From contig OZ024745.1 in assembly GCA_964016885.1 (NCBI GenBank), forward strand, positions 3,658,001-3,722,000: a stretch of 64,000 bases of DNA. The letters are read 5' to 3'. The DNA comes from Eledone cirrhosa. Taxonomy: Eukaryota. The translations under genes were made by a program, and so were the position numbers. Position 1 is the first letter of the stretch, and each line of letters begins with the position of its first letter. The notes under the pieces were generated by a model, which did no database searches, was not told the DNA's origin, and saw nothing but the letters and a program-made list of their open reading frames with translations. Shown here piece by piece: positions 36,241 through 49,800 of the stretch.

Positions 36241-37483
36241 TCTATATATATATAAAACTGAGGATGTCTGTCTGTGTGTGTGTGAGTTTGAATCCCTAAA
36301 ACTCGAGAACCACCCAACCGACTGTTTTCAAAGTTTACACATGTAATACTTATGTTTCAGGGAGTGTTCTGAGCAAAAAAAAATTTCAAATTTTCAATGC
36401 CCTAGGGACCGCATTAGGCGATTTAGCGATCTCTCTCTATAATTCTTAGTCTTTCTCTTTTTAGATAGATACATACATATAACGTTGCGCCCTTATAATA
36501 TCTGTCTGTATGTCCGACTGTCTGCATTACGTCACTTCCCTGAGGATGTCTGTGTGTGTGTGTGTGGGTGTTAGTGAGTTTAAAACCCCTAAAACTCGAG
36601 AAATACCCAGCCGACTTTTTTCAAACTTTACATGTGTATTACTTATGTTTTAGGGAGTGTTATGCACATAAAAAATTCAACTTTTTGACCCCCTAGGGCC
36701 CGCATTAGTTTAAAAACTGCATTTTTTTCAGGTTTTTAGGGGGTTTTTTGAGTCGTTAAGTCAGACTGATTTCCTTGAAATTGTAACTATGTATTAGTCA
36801 GTCTCTTCTTCATACCGTGAGCAAAGAAAATCCAACTTTTTTATGGCCTAGGTTCCACATTAGGTGAAAAACTTCATTTTTTCAGCTTTTTAGGGCTTTT
36901 TTGAGGCGTTACGTCCAGCCAATTTTCCGGAAATTTCAAGACATTATGCACATAAAAAAAATTAATTTTCTTGATCCCCTAGGGCCCGCATTGGGTGAAA
37001 GCCTGCATTTTTCCTGCTTCATCGAAGAAAATCTTAAAGATTATCCAGCCATCAGAGTATTCAGTTTATTTTCTTTACATATTGGAGGCACATGGCTTAG
37101 TGGTTAGAGCATTGGCCTTACAATCGAAAGGTTGTGAGTTCAATTCTCAGACCGGGTGATGTGTTGTTTCCTTGAGCAAGACACTTTATTTCACATTGCT
37201 CCAGTTTACTCAGCTGTAGAAATGAGATGATAGGGACTGGGGTCCATATCATTCCACTGCAAAAAAGCACCCAGCACTCACTGTAAATGAGGTTCGTGTT
37301 AGGAAAGGCATCCAGCTGTGGAAATCAAGCCAGAATCAGTTCCCGTCCCACCCTTGCAAGCAGGGAAAAGCTGACGTAAAATGATGATGATTGTCCACGC
37401 ATGCATTTTTTCCGCGATTAGGTATGTTGGCGGCCCGCGTTCCAAAATACCTTATCCCGTGCAACGCTGGGTACCACTGCTAG
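36241..37483 (+). mobile_element. Non-autonomous Helitron with internal tandem sub-repeats and a nested SINE
   Basis: 5' A|TCTATATA start. 3' hairpin CCCGTGCAACGCTGGG (37456-37471) followed by CTAG|T. Inserted between A and T with no TSD. Internal repeats at 36258/36540 and CCTAGGG..CGCATTAG recurring four times. Confidence 0.85.
37084..37391 (+). mobile_element. Full-length tRNA-derived SINE nested in the Helitron
   Basis: GGAGGCACATGGCTTAGTGGTTAG head, B box GAGTTCAATTC, and tail GACGTAAAATGATGATGAT. Confidence 0.9.
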
Positions 37484-37855
37484 TATTAAATAAAAATGCA
37501 AATTTAAATTTTCAGAATTTGGATCTGTTTTTTCTTTCAAGAATCACAAACGGAGATTTTGTTGGTTTTGGCAACACGATGTTATTTACCAGCAGTTAAA
37601 CGTAACAATGACCATAAAAGTCTAGGATTATTCTAGGTGAAACACTAACCTGGTCAGGTATTCCAGGATTTTCTAACTCAAGATAAGATTATAAACTACA
37701 CATGCAAAAAAATAAATTACTAAATCAACTTTACAATATTATTTACAGTTACCTAACTTCTAATTAAAGGAAGAGGAACAGTAGCAATTTCAAAAATAAA
37801 TGAAAAGAAAAAGTTTCTTATTTTTCCTTTGGTAGTGTTTAATACTAAAACTGTC

Positions 37856-40800
37856 ATTAGTTCTGGTGTTCAGGCTAAACTACTAGAAACTGTTATAACC
37901 TGTCACCTGTCCCTAGTTCTGGTGTTCAGTCTAAACTACTAGAAACTGTTATAATCTGGCACCTGTCCCTAGTTCTGGTGTTCAGTCTAAACTACTAGAA
38001 ACTGATATAAGCTGGCACCTGTCCCTAGTTCTGGTGTTCAGTCTAAACTACTAGAAACTGTTATAAGCTGTCACCTGTCCCTAGTTCTGGTGTTCAGTCT
38101 AAACTACTACAAACTGTTATAAGCTGTCACCTGTCCCGAGTTCTGGTGTTCAGTCTAAACTACTAGAAACTGTTATAACCTGTAACCTGTCCCTAGTTCT
38201 GGTGTTCAGTCTAAACTACTAGAAACTGTTATAAGCTGTCACCTGTCCCTAGTTCTGGTGTTCAGTCTAAACTACTAGAGACTGTTATAAGCTGTCACCT
38301 GTCCCTAGTTCTGGTGTTCAGTCTAAACTACTAGAAACTGTTATAACCTGTCACCTGTCCCTAGTTCTGGTGTTCAGTCTAAACTACTAGAGACTGTTAT
38401 AACCTGTCACCTGTCCCTATTTCTGGTGTTCAGTCTAAACTACTAGAAACTGTTATAACCTGTCACCTGTCCCTAGTTCTGGTGTTCAGTCTAAACTACT
38501 AGAGACTGTTATAAGCTGTCACCTGTCCCTAGTTCTGGTGTTCAGTCTAAACTACTAGAAACTGTTATAACCTGTCACCTGTCCCTAGTTCTGGTGTTCA
38601 GTCTAAACTACTAGAAACTGTTATAAGCTGTCATCTGTCCCTAGTTCTGGTGTTCAGTCTAAACTACTAGAAACTGTTATAACCTGTCACCTGTCCCAAA
38701 TTCTGGTGTTCAGTCTAAACTACTAGAGACTGTTATAAGCTGTCACCTGTCCCTAGTTCTGGTGTTCAGTCTAAACTACTAGAGACTGTTATAAGCTGTC
38801 ACCTGTCCCTAGTTCTGGTGTTCAGTCTAAACTACTAGAAACTGTTATAACCTGTCACCTGTCCCTAGTTCTGGTGGTCAGTCTAAACTACTAGAAACTG
38901 TTATAACCTGTCACCTGTCCCTAGTTCTGGTGTTCAGTCTAAACTACTAGAAACTGTTATAAGCTGTCACCTGTCCCTAGTTCTGGTGTTCAGTCTAAAC
39001 TACTAGAAACTGTTATAACCTGTAACCAGTCCCGAGTTCTGGTGTTCAGTCTAAACTACTAGAAACTGTTATAAGCTGTCACCTGTCCCTAGTTCTGGTG
39101 TTCAGTCTAAACTACTAGAGACTGTTATAAGCTGTCACCTGTCCCTAGTTCTGGTGTTCAGGCTAAACTACTAGAGACTGTTATAACCCGTCACCTGTCC
39201 CTAGTTCTAGTGTTCAGTCTAAACTACTAGAGACTGTTATAACCCGTCACCTCTCCCTAGTTCTAGTGTTCAGTCTAAACTACTAGAGACTGTTATAACC
39301 TGTCACCTGTCCCTAGTTCTGGTGTTCAGTCTCAACTACTAGAAACTGTTATAACCTGTCACCTGTCCCTAGTTCTGGTGTTCAGGCTAAACTACTAGAG
39401 ACTGTTATAACCGGTCACCTGTCCCTAGTTCTGGTGTTCAGGCTAAACTACTAGAGACTGTTATAACCTGTCACCTGTCCCTAGTTCTAGTGTTCAGTCT
39501 AAACTACTAGAGACTGTTATAACCGGTCACCTGTCCCTAGTTCTGGTGTTCAGGCTAAACTACTAGAGACTGTTATAACCCGTCACCTGTCCCTAGTTCT
39601 AGTGTTCAGTCTAAACTACTAGAGACTGTTATAACCTGTCACCTGTCCCTAGTTCTGGTGTTCAGGCTAAACTACTAGAAACTGTTATAAGCTGTCACCT
39701 GTCCCTAGTTCTGGTGTTCAGTCTGAACTACTAGAAACTGTTATAACCTGTCACCTGTCCCTAGTTCTGGTGTTCAGTCTGAACTACTAAAAACTGTTAT
39801 AACCTGTCCCTAGTTCTGGTGTTCAGTCTAAACTACTAGAGACTGTTATAACCTGTCACCTGTCCCTAGTTCTGGTGTTCAGTCTAAACTAATAGAAACT
39901 GTTATAACCTGTCACCTGTCCCTAGTTCTGGTGTTCAGTCTGAACTACTAGAAACTGTTATAACCTGTCACCTGTCCCTAGTTCTGGTGTTCAGTCTGAA
40001 CTACTAGAAACTGTTATAACCTGTCACCTGTCCCTAGTTCTGGTGTTCAGTCTAAACTACTAGAAACTGTTATAACCTGTCACCTGTCCCTATTTCTGGT
40101 GTTCAGTCTGAACTACTAGAAACTGTTATAACCTGTCACCTGTCCCTAGTTCTGGTGTTCAGTCTAAACTACTAGAGACTGTTATAACCTGTCACCTGTC
40201 CCTAGTTCTGGTGTTCAGTCTAAACTAATAGAAACTGTTATAACCTGTCACCTGTCCCTAGTTCTGGTGTTCAGTCTAAACTACTAGAGACTGTTATAAC
40301 CTGTCACCTGTCCCTAGTTCTGGTGTTCAGTCTAAACTACTAGAGACTGTTATAAGCTGTCACCTGTCCCTAGTTCTGGTGTTCAGTCTAAACTACTAGA
40401 GACTGTTATAAGCTGTCACCTGTCCCTAGTTCTGGTGTTCAGTCTAAACTACTAGAGACTGTTATAAGCTGTCACCTGTCCCTAGTTCTAGTGTTCAGTC
40501 TAAACTACTAGAGACTGTTATAACCTGTCACCTCTCCCTAGTTCTAGTGTTCAGTCTAAACTACTAGAGACTGTTATAACCTGTCACCTGTCCCTAGTTC
40601 TGGTGTTCAGTCTAAACTACTAGAGACTGTTATAACCTGTCACCTGTCCCTAGTTCTGGTGTTCAGGCTAAACTACTAGAGACTGTTATAACCTGTCACC
40701 TGTCCCTAGTTCTAGTGTTCAGTCTAAACTACTAGAGACTGTTATAACCGGTCACCTGTCCCTAGTTCTGGTGTTCAGGCTAAACTACTAGAGACTGTTA

Positions 40801-43800
40801 TAACCTGCCACCTGTCCCTAGTTCTAGTGTTCAGTCTAAACTACTAGAGACTGTTATAACCTGTCACCTGTCCCTAGTTCTGGTGTTCAGGCTAAACTAC
40901 TAGAGACTGTTATAACCTGTCACCTGTCCCTAGTTCTGGTGTTCAGTCTGAACTACTAGAAACTGTTATAACCTGTCACCTGTCCCTAGTTCTGGTGTTC
41001 AGTCTAAACTACTAGAGACTGTTATAACCTGTCACCTGTCCCTAGTTCTGGTGTTCAGTCTGAACTACTAGAAACTGTTATAACCTGTCACCTGTCCCTA
41101 GTTCTGGTGTTCAGTCTAAACTACTAGAGACTGTTATAACCTGTCACCTGTCCCTAGTTCTGGTGTTCAGTCTAAACTACTAGAAACTGTTATAACCTGT
41201 CACCTGTCCCTAGTTCTGGTGGTCAGTCTAAACTACTAGAAACTGTTATAACCTGTCACCTGTCCCTAGTTCTGGTGTTCAGTCTAAACTACTAGAAACT
41301 GTTATAAGCTGTCACCTGTCCCTAGTTCTGGTGTTCAGTCTAAACTACTAGAAACTGTTATAACCTGTAACCTGTCCCTAGTTCTGGTGTTCAGTCTAAA
41401 CTACTAGAAACTGTTATAAGCTGTCACCTGTCCCTAGTTCTGGTGTTCAGTCTAAACTACTAGAGACTGTTATAAGCTGTCACCTGTCCCTAGTTCTGGT
41501 GTTCAGTCTAAACTACTAGAAACTGTTATAAGCTGTCACCTGTCCCTAGTTCTGGTGTTCAGTCTAAACTACTAGAGACTGTTATAACCTGTCACCTGTC
41601 CCTAGTTCTGGTGTTCAGTCTAAACTACTAGAAACTGTTATAAGCTGTCACCTGTCCCTATTTCTGGTGTTCAGTCTAAACTACTAGAAACTGTTATAAG
41701 CTGTCACCTGTCCCTAGTTCTGGTGTTCAGTCTAAACTACTAGAGACTGTTATAACCTGGCACCTGTCCCTAGTTCTGGTGTTCAGTCTAAACTACTAGA
41801 GACTGTTATAAGCTGTCACCTGTCCCTATTTCTGGTGTTCAGTCTAAACTACTAGAGACTGTTATAACCCGTCACCTGTCCCTAGTTCTGGTGTTCAGTC
41901 TAAACTACTAGAAACTGTTATAAGCTGTCACCTGTCCCTAGTTCTGGTGTTCAGTCTGAACTACTAGAAACTGTTATAACCTGTCACCTGTCCCTAGTTC
42001 TGGTGTTCAGTCTAAACTACTAGAGACTGTTATAACCTGTCACCTGTCCCTAGTTCTGGTGTTCAGTCTAAACTACTAGAAACTGTTATAACCTGTCCCT
42101 AGTTCTGGTGTTCAGTCTAAACTACTAGAAACTGTTATAACCTGTCCCTAGTTCTGGTGTTCAGTCTAAACTACTAGAAACTGTTATAACCTGTCACCTG
42201 TCCCTAGTTCTGGTGTTCAGTCTAAACTACTAGAAACTGTTATAACCTGTCACCTGTCCCTAGTTCTGGTGTTCAGTCTAAACTACTAGAAACTGTTATA
42301 ACCTGTCACCTGTCCCTAGTTCTGGTGTTCAGTCTAAACTACTAGAGACTGTTATAACCTGTCACCTGTCCCTAGTTCTGGTGTTCAGTCTAAACTACTA
42401 GATACTGTTATAACCTGTCACCTGTCCCTAGTTCTGGTGTTCAGTCTAAACTACTAGAGACTGTTATAACCTGTCACCTGTCCCTAGTTCTAATGTTCAG
42501 TCTAAACTACTAGAGACTGTTATAAGCTGTCACCTGTCCATAGTTCTGGTGTTCAGTCTAAACTACTAGAGACTGTTATAAGCTGTCACCTGTCCCTAGT
42601 TCTGGTGTTCAGTCTAAACTACTAGAGACTGTTATAAGCTGTCACCTGTCCCTAGTTCTGGTGTTCAGGCTAAACTACTAGAGACTGTTATAACCCGTCA
42701 CCTGTCCCTAGTTCTAGTGTTCAGTCTAAACTACTAGAGACTGTTATAACCTGTCACCTCTCCGTAGTTCTAGTGTTCAGTCTAAACTACTAGAGACTGT
42801 TATAACCTGTCACCTGTCCCTAGTTCTGGTGTTCAGGCTAAACTACTAGAAACTGTTATAACCTGTCACCTGTCCCTAGTTCTGGTGTTCAGGCTAAACT
42901 ACTAGAGACTGTTATAACCTGTCACCTGTCCCTAGTTCTAGTGTTCAGTCTAAACTACTAGAGACTGTTATAACCGGTCACCTGTCCCTAGTTCTGGTGT
43001 TCAGGCTAAACTACTAGAGACTGTTATAACCTGTCACCTGTCCCTAGTTCTAGTGGTCAGTCTAAACTACTAGAGACTGTTATAACCTGTCACCTGTCCC
43101 TAGTTCGGGTGTTCAGGCTAAACTACTAGAAACTGTTATAAGCTGTCACCTGTCCCTAGTTCTGGTGTTCAGTCTGAACTACTAGAAACTGTTATAACCT
43201 GTCACCTGTCCCTAGTTCTGGTGTTCAGTCTAAACTAATAGAAACTGTTATAACCTGTCACCTGTCCCTAGTTCTGGTGTTCAGTCTAAACTACTAGAGA
43301 CTGTTATAACCTGTCACCTGTCCCTAGTTCTGGTGTTCAGTCTAAACTAATAGAAACTGTTATAACCTGTCACCTGTCCTTAGTTCTGGTGTTCAGTCTA
43401 AACTACTAGAGACTGTTATAAGCTGTCACCTGTCCCTAGTTCTGGTGTTCAGTCTAAACTACTAGAGACTGTTATAACCTGTCACCTGTCCCTAGTTCTG
43501 GTGTTCAGTCTAAACTACTAGAAACTGTTATAACCTGTCACCTGTCCCTAGTTCTAGTGTTCAGTCTAAACTACTAGAAACTGTTCTAACCTGTCACCTG
43601 TCCCTAGTTCTGGTGTTCAGTCTAAACTACTAGAAACTGTTCTAACCTGTCACCTGTCCCTAGTTCTGGTGTTCAGTCTAAACTACTAGAAACTGTTATA
43701 ACCTGTCACCTGTCCCTAGTTCTGGTGTTCAGTCTAAACTACTAGAAACTGTTATAAGCTGTCACCTGTCCCTAGTTCTGGTGTTCAGTCTAAACTACTA

Positions 43801-46800
43801 GAAACTGTTATAACCTGTAACCAGTCCCGAGTTCTGGTGTTCAGTCTAAACTACTAGAAACTGTTATAAGCTGTCACCTGTCCCTAGTTCTGGTGTTCAG
43901 TCTAAACTACTAGAGACTGTTATAAGCTGTCACCTGTCCCTAGTTCTGGTGTTCAGGCTAAACTACTAGAGACTGTTATAACCCGTCACCTGTCCCTAGT
44001 TCTAGTGTTCAGTCTAAACTACTAGAGACTGTTATAACCCGTCACCTCTCCCTAGTTCTAGTGTTCAGTCTAAACTACTAGAGACTGTTATAACCTGTCA
44101 CCTGTCCCTAGTTCTGGTGTTCAGTCTCAACTACTAGAAACTGTTATAACCTGTCACCTGTCCCTAGTTCTGGTGTTCAGGCTAAACTACTAGAGACTGT
44201 TATAACCGGTCACCTGTCCCTAGTTCTGGTGTTCAGGCTAAACTACTAGAGACTGTTATAACCTGTCACCTGTCCCTAGTTCTAGTGTTCAGTCTAAACT
44301 ACTAGAGACTGTTATAACCGGTCACCTGTCCCTAGTTCTGGTGTTCAGGCTAAACTACTAGAGACTGTTATAACCCGTCACCTGTCCCTAGTTCTAGTGT
44401 TCAGTCTAAACTACTAGAGACTGTTATAACCTGTCACCTGTCCCTAGTTCTGGTGTTCAGGCTAAACTACTAGAAACTGTTATAAGCTGTCACCTGTCCC
44501 TAGTTCTGGTGTTCAGTCTGAACTACTAGAAACTGTTATAACCTGTCACCTGTCCCTAGTTCTGGTGTTCAGTCTGAACTACTAGAAACTGTTATAACCT
44601 GTCCCTAGTTCTGGTGTTCAGTCTAAACTACTAGAGACTGTTATAACCTGTCACCTGTCCCTAGTTCTGGTGTTCAGTCTAAACTAATAGAAACTGTTAT
44701 AACCTGTCACCTGTCCCTAGTTCTGGTGTTCAGTCTGAACTACTAGAAACTGTTATAACCTGTCACCTGTCCCTAGTTCTGGTGTTCAGTCTGAACTACT
44801 AGAAACTGTTATAACCTGTCACCTGTCCCTAGTTCTGGTGTTCAGTCTAAACTACTAGAAACTGTTATAACCTGTCACCTGTCCCTATTTCTGGTGTTCA
44901 GTCTGAACTACTAGAAACTGTTATAACCTGTCACCTGTCCCTAGTTCTGGTGTTCAGTCTAAACTACTAGAGACTGTTATAACCTGTCACCTGTCCCTAG
45001 TTCTGGTGTTCAGTCTAAACTAATAGAAACTGTTATAACCTGTCACCTGTCCCTAGTTCTGGTGTTCAGTCTAAACTACTAGAGACTGTTATAACCTGTC
45101 ACCTGTCCCTAGTTCTGGTGTTCAGTCTAAACTACTAGAGACTGTTATAAGCTGTCACCTGTCCCTAGTTCTGGTGTTCAGTCTAAACTACTAGAGACTG
45201 TTATAAGCTGTCACCTGTCCCTAGTTCTGGTGTTCAGTCTAAACTACTAGAGACTGTTATAAGCTGTCACCTGTCCCTAGTTCTAGTGTTCAGTCTAAAC
45301 TACTAGAGACTGTTATAACCTGTCACCTCTCCCTAGTTCTAGTGTTCAGTCTAAACTACTAGAGACTGTTATAACCTGTCACCTGTCCCTAGTTCTGGTG
45401 TTCAGTCTAAACTACTAGAGACTGTTATAACCTGTCACCTGTCCCTAGTTCTGGTGTTCAGGCTAAACTACTAGAGACTGTTATAACCTGTCACCTGTCC
45501 CTAGTTCTAGTGTTCAGTCTAAACTACTAGAGACTGTTATAACCGGTCACCTGTCCCTAGTTCTGGTGTTCAGGCTAAACTACTAGAGACTGTTATAACC
45601 TGTCACCTGTCCCTAGTTCTAGTGTTCAGTCTAAACTACTAGAGACTGTTATAACCTGTCACCTGTCCCTAGTTCTGGTGTTCAGGCTAAACTACTAGAG
45701 ACTGTTATAACCTGTCACCTGTCCCTAGTTCTGGTGTTCAGTCTGAACTACTAGAAACTGTTATAACCTGTCACCTGTCCCTAGTTCTGGTGTTCAGTCT
45801 AAACTACTAGAGACTGTTATAACCTGTCACCTGTCCCTAGTTCTGGTGTTCAGTCTGAACTACTAGAAACTGTTATAACCTGTCACCTGTCCCTAGTTCT
45901 GGTGTTCAGTCTAAACTACTAGAGACTGTTATAACCTGTCACCTGTCCCTAGTTCTGGTGTTCAGTCTAAACTACTAGAAACTGTTATAACCTGTCACCT
46001 GTCCCTAGTTCTGGTGGTCAGTCTAAACTACTAGAAACTGTTATAACCTGTCACCTGTCCCTAGTTCTGGTGTTCAGTCTAAACTACTAGAAACTGTTAT
46101 AAGCTGTCACCTGTCCCTAGTTCTGGTGTTCAGTCTAAACTACTAGAAACTGTTATAACCTGTAACCTGTCCCTAGTTCTGGTGTTCAGTCTAAACTACT
46201 AGAAACTGTTATAAGCTGTCACCTGTCCCTAGTTCTGGTGTTCAGTCTAAACTACTAGAGACTGTTATAAGCTGTCACCTGTCCCTAGTTCTGGTGTTCA
46301 GTCTAAACTACTAGAAACTGTTATAAGCTGTCACCTGTCCCTAGTTCTGGTGTTCAGTCTAAACTACTAGAGACTGTTATAACCTGTCACCTGTCCCTAG
46401 TTCTGGTGTTCAGTCTAAACTACTAGAAACTGTTATAAGCTGTCACCTGTCCCTATTTCTGGTGTTCAGTCTAAACTACTAGAAACTGTTATAAGCTGTC
46501 ACCTGTCCCTAGTTCTGGTGTTCAGTCTAAACTACTAGAGACTGTTATAACCTGGCACCTGTCCCTAGTTCTGGTGTTCAGTCTAAACTACTAGAGACTG
46601 TTATAAGCTGTCACCTGTCCCTATTTCTGGTGTTCAGTCTAAACTACTAGAGACTGTTATAACCCGTCACCTGTCCCTAGTTCTGGTGTTCAGTCTAAAC
46701 TACTAGAAACTGTTATAAGCTGTCACCTGTCCCTAGTTCTGGTGTTCAGTCTGAACTACTAGAAACTGTTATAACCTGTCACCTGTCCCTAGTTCTGGTG

Positions 46801-49800
46801 TTCAGTCTAAACTACTAGAGACTGTTATAACCTGTCACCTGTCCCTAGTTCTGGTGTTCAGTCTAAACTACTAGAAACTGTTATAACCTGTCCCTAGTTC
46901 TGGTGTTCAGTCTAAACTACTAGAAACTGTTATAACCTGTCCCTAGTTCTGGTGTTCAGTCTAAACTACTAGAAACTGTTATAACCTGTCACCTGTCCCT
47001 AGTTCTGGTGTTCAGTCTAAACTACTAGAAACTGTTATAACCTGTCACCTGTCCCTAGTTCTGGTGTTCAGTCTAAACTACTAGAAACTGTTATAACCTG
47101 TCACCTGTCCCTAGTTCTGGTGTTCAGTCTAAACTACTAGAGACTGTTATAACCTGTCACCTGTCCCTAGTTCTGGTGTTCAGTCTAAACTACTAGATAC
47201 TGTTATAACCTGTCACCTGTCCCTAGTTCTGGTGTTCAGTCTAAACTACTAGAGACTGTTATAACCTGTCACCTGTCCCTAGTTCTAATGTTCAGTCTAA
47301 ACTACTAGAGACTGTTATAAGCTGTCACCTGTCCATAGTTCTGGTGTTCAGTCTAAACTACTAGAGACTGTTATAAGCTGTCACCTGTCCCTAGTTCTGG
47401 TGTTCAGTCTAAACTACTAGAGACTGTTATAAGCTGTCACCTGTCCCTAGTTCTGGTGTTCAGGCTAAACTACTAGAGACTGTTATAACCCGTCACCTGT
47501 CCCTAGTTCTAGTGTTCAGTCTAAACTACTAGAGACTGTTATAACCTGTCACCTCTCCGTAGTTCTAGTGTTCAGTCTAAACTACTAGAGACTGTTATAA
47601 CCTGTCACCTGTCCCTAGTTCTGGTGTTCAGGCTAAACTACTAGAAACTGTTATAACCTGTCACCTGTCCCTAGTTCTGGTGTTCAGGCTAAACTACTAG
47701 AGACTGTTATAACCTGTCACCTGTCCCTAGTTCTAGTGTTCAGTCTAAACTACTAGAGACTGTTATAACCGGTCACCTGTCCCTAGTTCTGGTGTTCAGG
47801 CTAAACTACTAGAGACTGTTATAACCTGTCACCTGTCCCTAGTTCTAGTGGTCAGTCTAAACTACTAGAGACTGTTATAACCTGTCACCTGTCCCTAGTT
47901 CGGGTGTTCAGGCTAAACTACTAGAAACTGTTATAAGCTGTCACCTGTCCCTAGTTCTGGTGTTCAGTCTGAACTACTAGAAACTGTTATAACCTGTCAC
48001 CTGTCCCTAGTTCTGGTGTTCAGTCTAAACTAATAGAAACTGTTATAACCTGTCACCTGTCCCTAGTTCTGGTGTTCAGTCTAAACTACTAGAGACTGTT
48101 ATAACCTGTCACCTGTCCCTAGTTCTGGTGTTCAGTCTAAACTAATAGAAACTGTTATAACCTGTCACCTGTCCTTAGTTCTGGTGTTCAGTCTAAACTA
48201 CTAGAGACTGTTATAAGCTGTCACCTGTCCCTAGTTCTGGTGTTCAGTCTAAACTACTAGAGACTGTTATAACCTGTCACCTGTCCCTAGTTCTGGTGTT
48301 CAGTCTAAACTACTAGAAACTGTTATAACCTGTCACCTGTCCCTAGTTCTAGTGTTCAGTCTAAACTACTAGAAACTGTTCTAACCTGTCACCTGTCCCT
48401 AGTTCTGGTGTTCAGTCTAAACTACTAGAAACTGTTCTAACCTGTCACCTGTCCCTAGTTCTGGTGTTCAGTCTAAACTACTAGAAACTGTTCTAACCTG
48501 TCACCTGTCCCTAGTTCTGGTGTTCAGTCTAAACTACTAGAAACTGTTCTAACCTGTCACCTGTCCCTAGTTCTGGTGTTCAGTCTAAACTACTAGAAAC
48601 TGTTCTAACCTGTCACCTGTCCCTAGTTCTGATGTTCAGTCTAAACTACTAGAAACTGTTAGAAGCTGTCACCTGTCCCTAGTTCTGGTGTTCAGTCTAA
48701 ACTACTAGAAACTGTTATAACCTGTCACCTGTCCCTAGTTCTGGTGTTCAGTCTAAACTACTAGAAACTGTTCTAACCTGTCACCTGTCCCTAGTTCTGG
48801 TGTTCAGTCTAAACTACTAGAAACTGTTCTAACCTGTCACCTGTCCCTAGTTCTGGTGTTCAGTCTAAACTACTAGAAACTGTTCTAACCTGTCACCTGT
48901 TCCTAGTTCTGGTGTTCAGTCTAAACTACTAGAAACTGTTCTAACCTGTCACCTGTCCCTAGTTCTGGTGTTCAGTCTAAACTACTAGAAACTGTTCTAA
49001 CCCGTCACCTGTCCCTAGTTCTAGTGTTCAGTCTAAACTACTAGAGACTGTTATAACCTGTCACCTGTCCCTAGTTCTGGTGTTCAGGCTAAACTACTAG
49101 AGACTGTTATAACCTGTCACCTGTCCCTAGTTCTGGTGTTCAGGCTAAACTACTAGAGACTGTTATAACCTGTCACCTGTCCCTAGTTCTGGTGTTCAGT
49201 CTGAACTAATAGAAACTGTTATAACCTGTCACCTGTCCCTAGTTCTGGTGTTCAGTCTAAACTACTAGAGACTGTTATAACCTGTCACCTGTCCCTAGTT
49301 CTGGTGTTCAGTCTAAACTAATAGAAACTGTTATAACCTGTCACCTGTCCCTAGTTCTGGTGTTCAGTCTAAACTAATAGAAACTGTTATAACCTGTCAC
49401 CTGTCCCTAGTTCTGGTGTTCAGTCTAAACTACTACAGACTGTTATAACCTGTCACCTGTCCCTAGTTCTGGTGTTCAGTCTAAACTAATAGAAACTGTT
49501 ATAACCTGTCCTTAGTTCTGGTGTTCAGTCTAAACTACTAGAGACTGTTATAACCTGTCACCTGTCCCTAGTTCTGGTGTTCAGTCTAAACTACTAGAGA
49601 CTGTTATAACCTGTCACCTGTCCCTAGTTCTGGTGTTCAGTCTAAACTACTAGAAACTGTTATAACCTGTCACCTGTCCCTAGTTCTAGTGTTCAGTCTA
49701 AACTACTAGAAACTGTTCTAACCTGTCACCTGTCCCTAGTTCTGGTGTTCAGTCTAAACTACTAGAAACTGTTCTAACCTGTCACCTGTCCCTAGTTCTG

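Noticed and set aside
37084-37155. tRNA gene
   Set aside because: A/B boxes are present but continue into SINE core and tail, so this is a SINE head.
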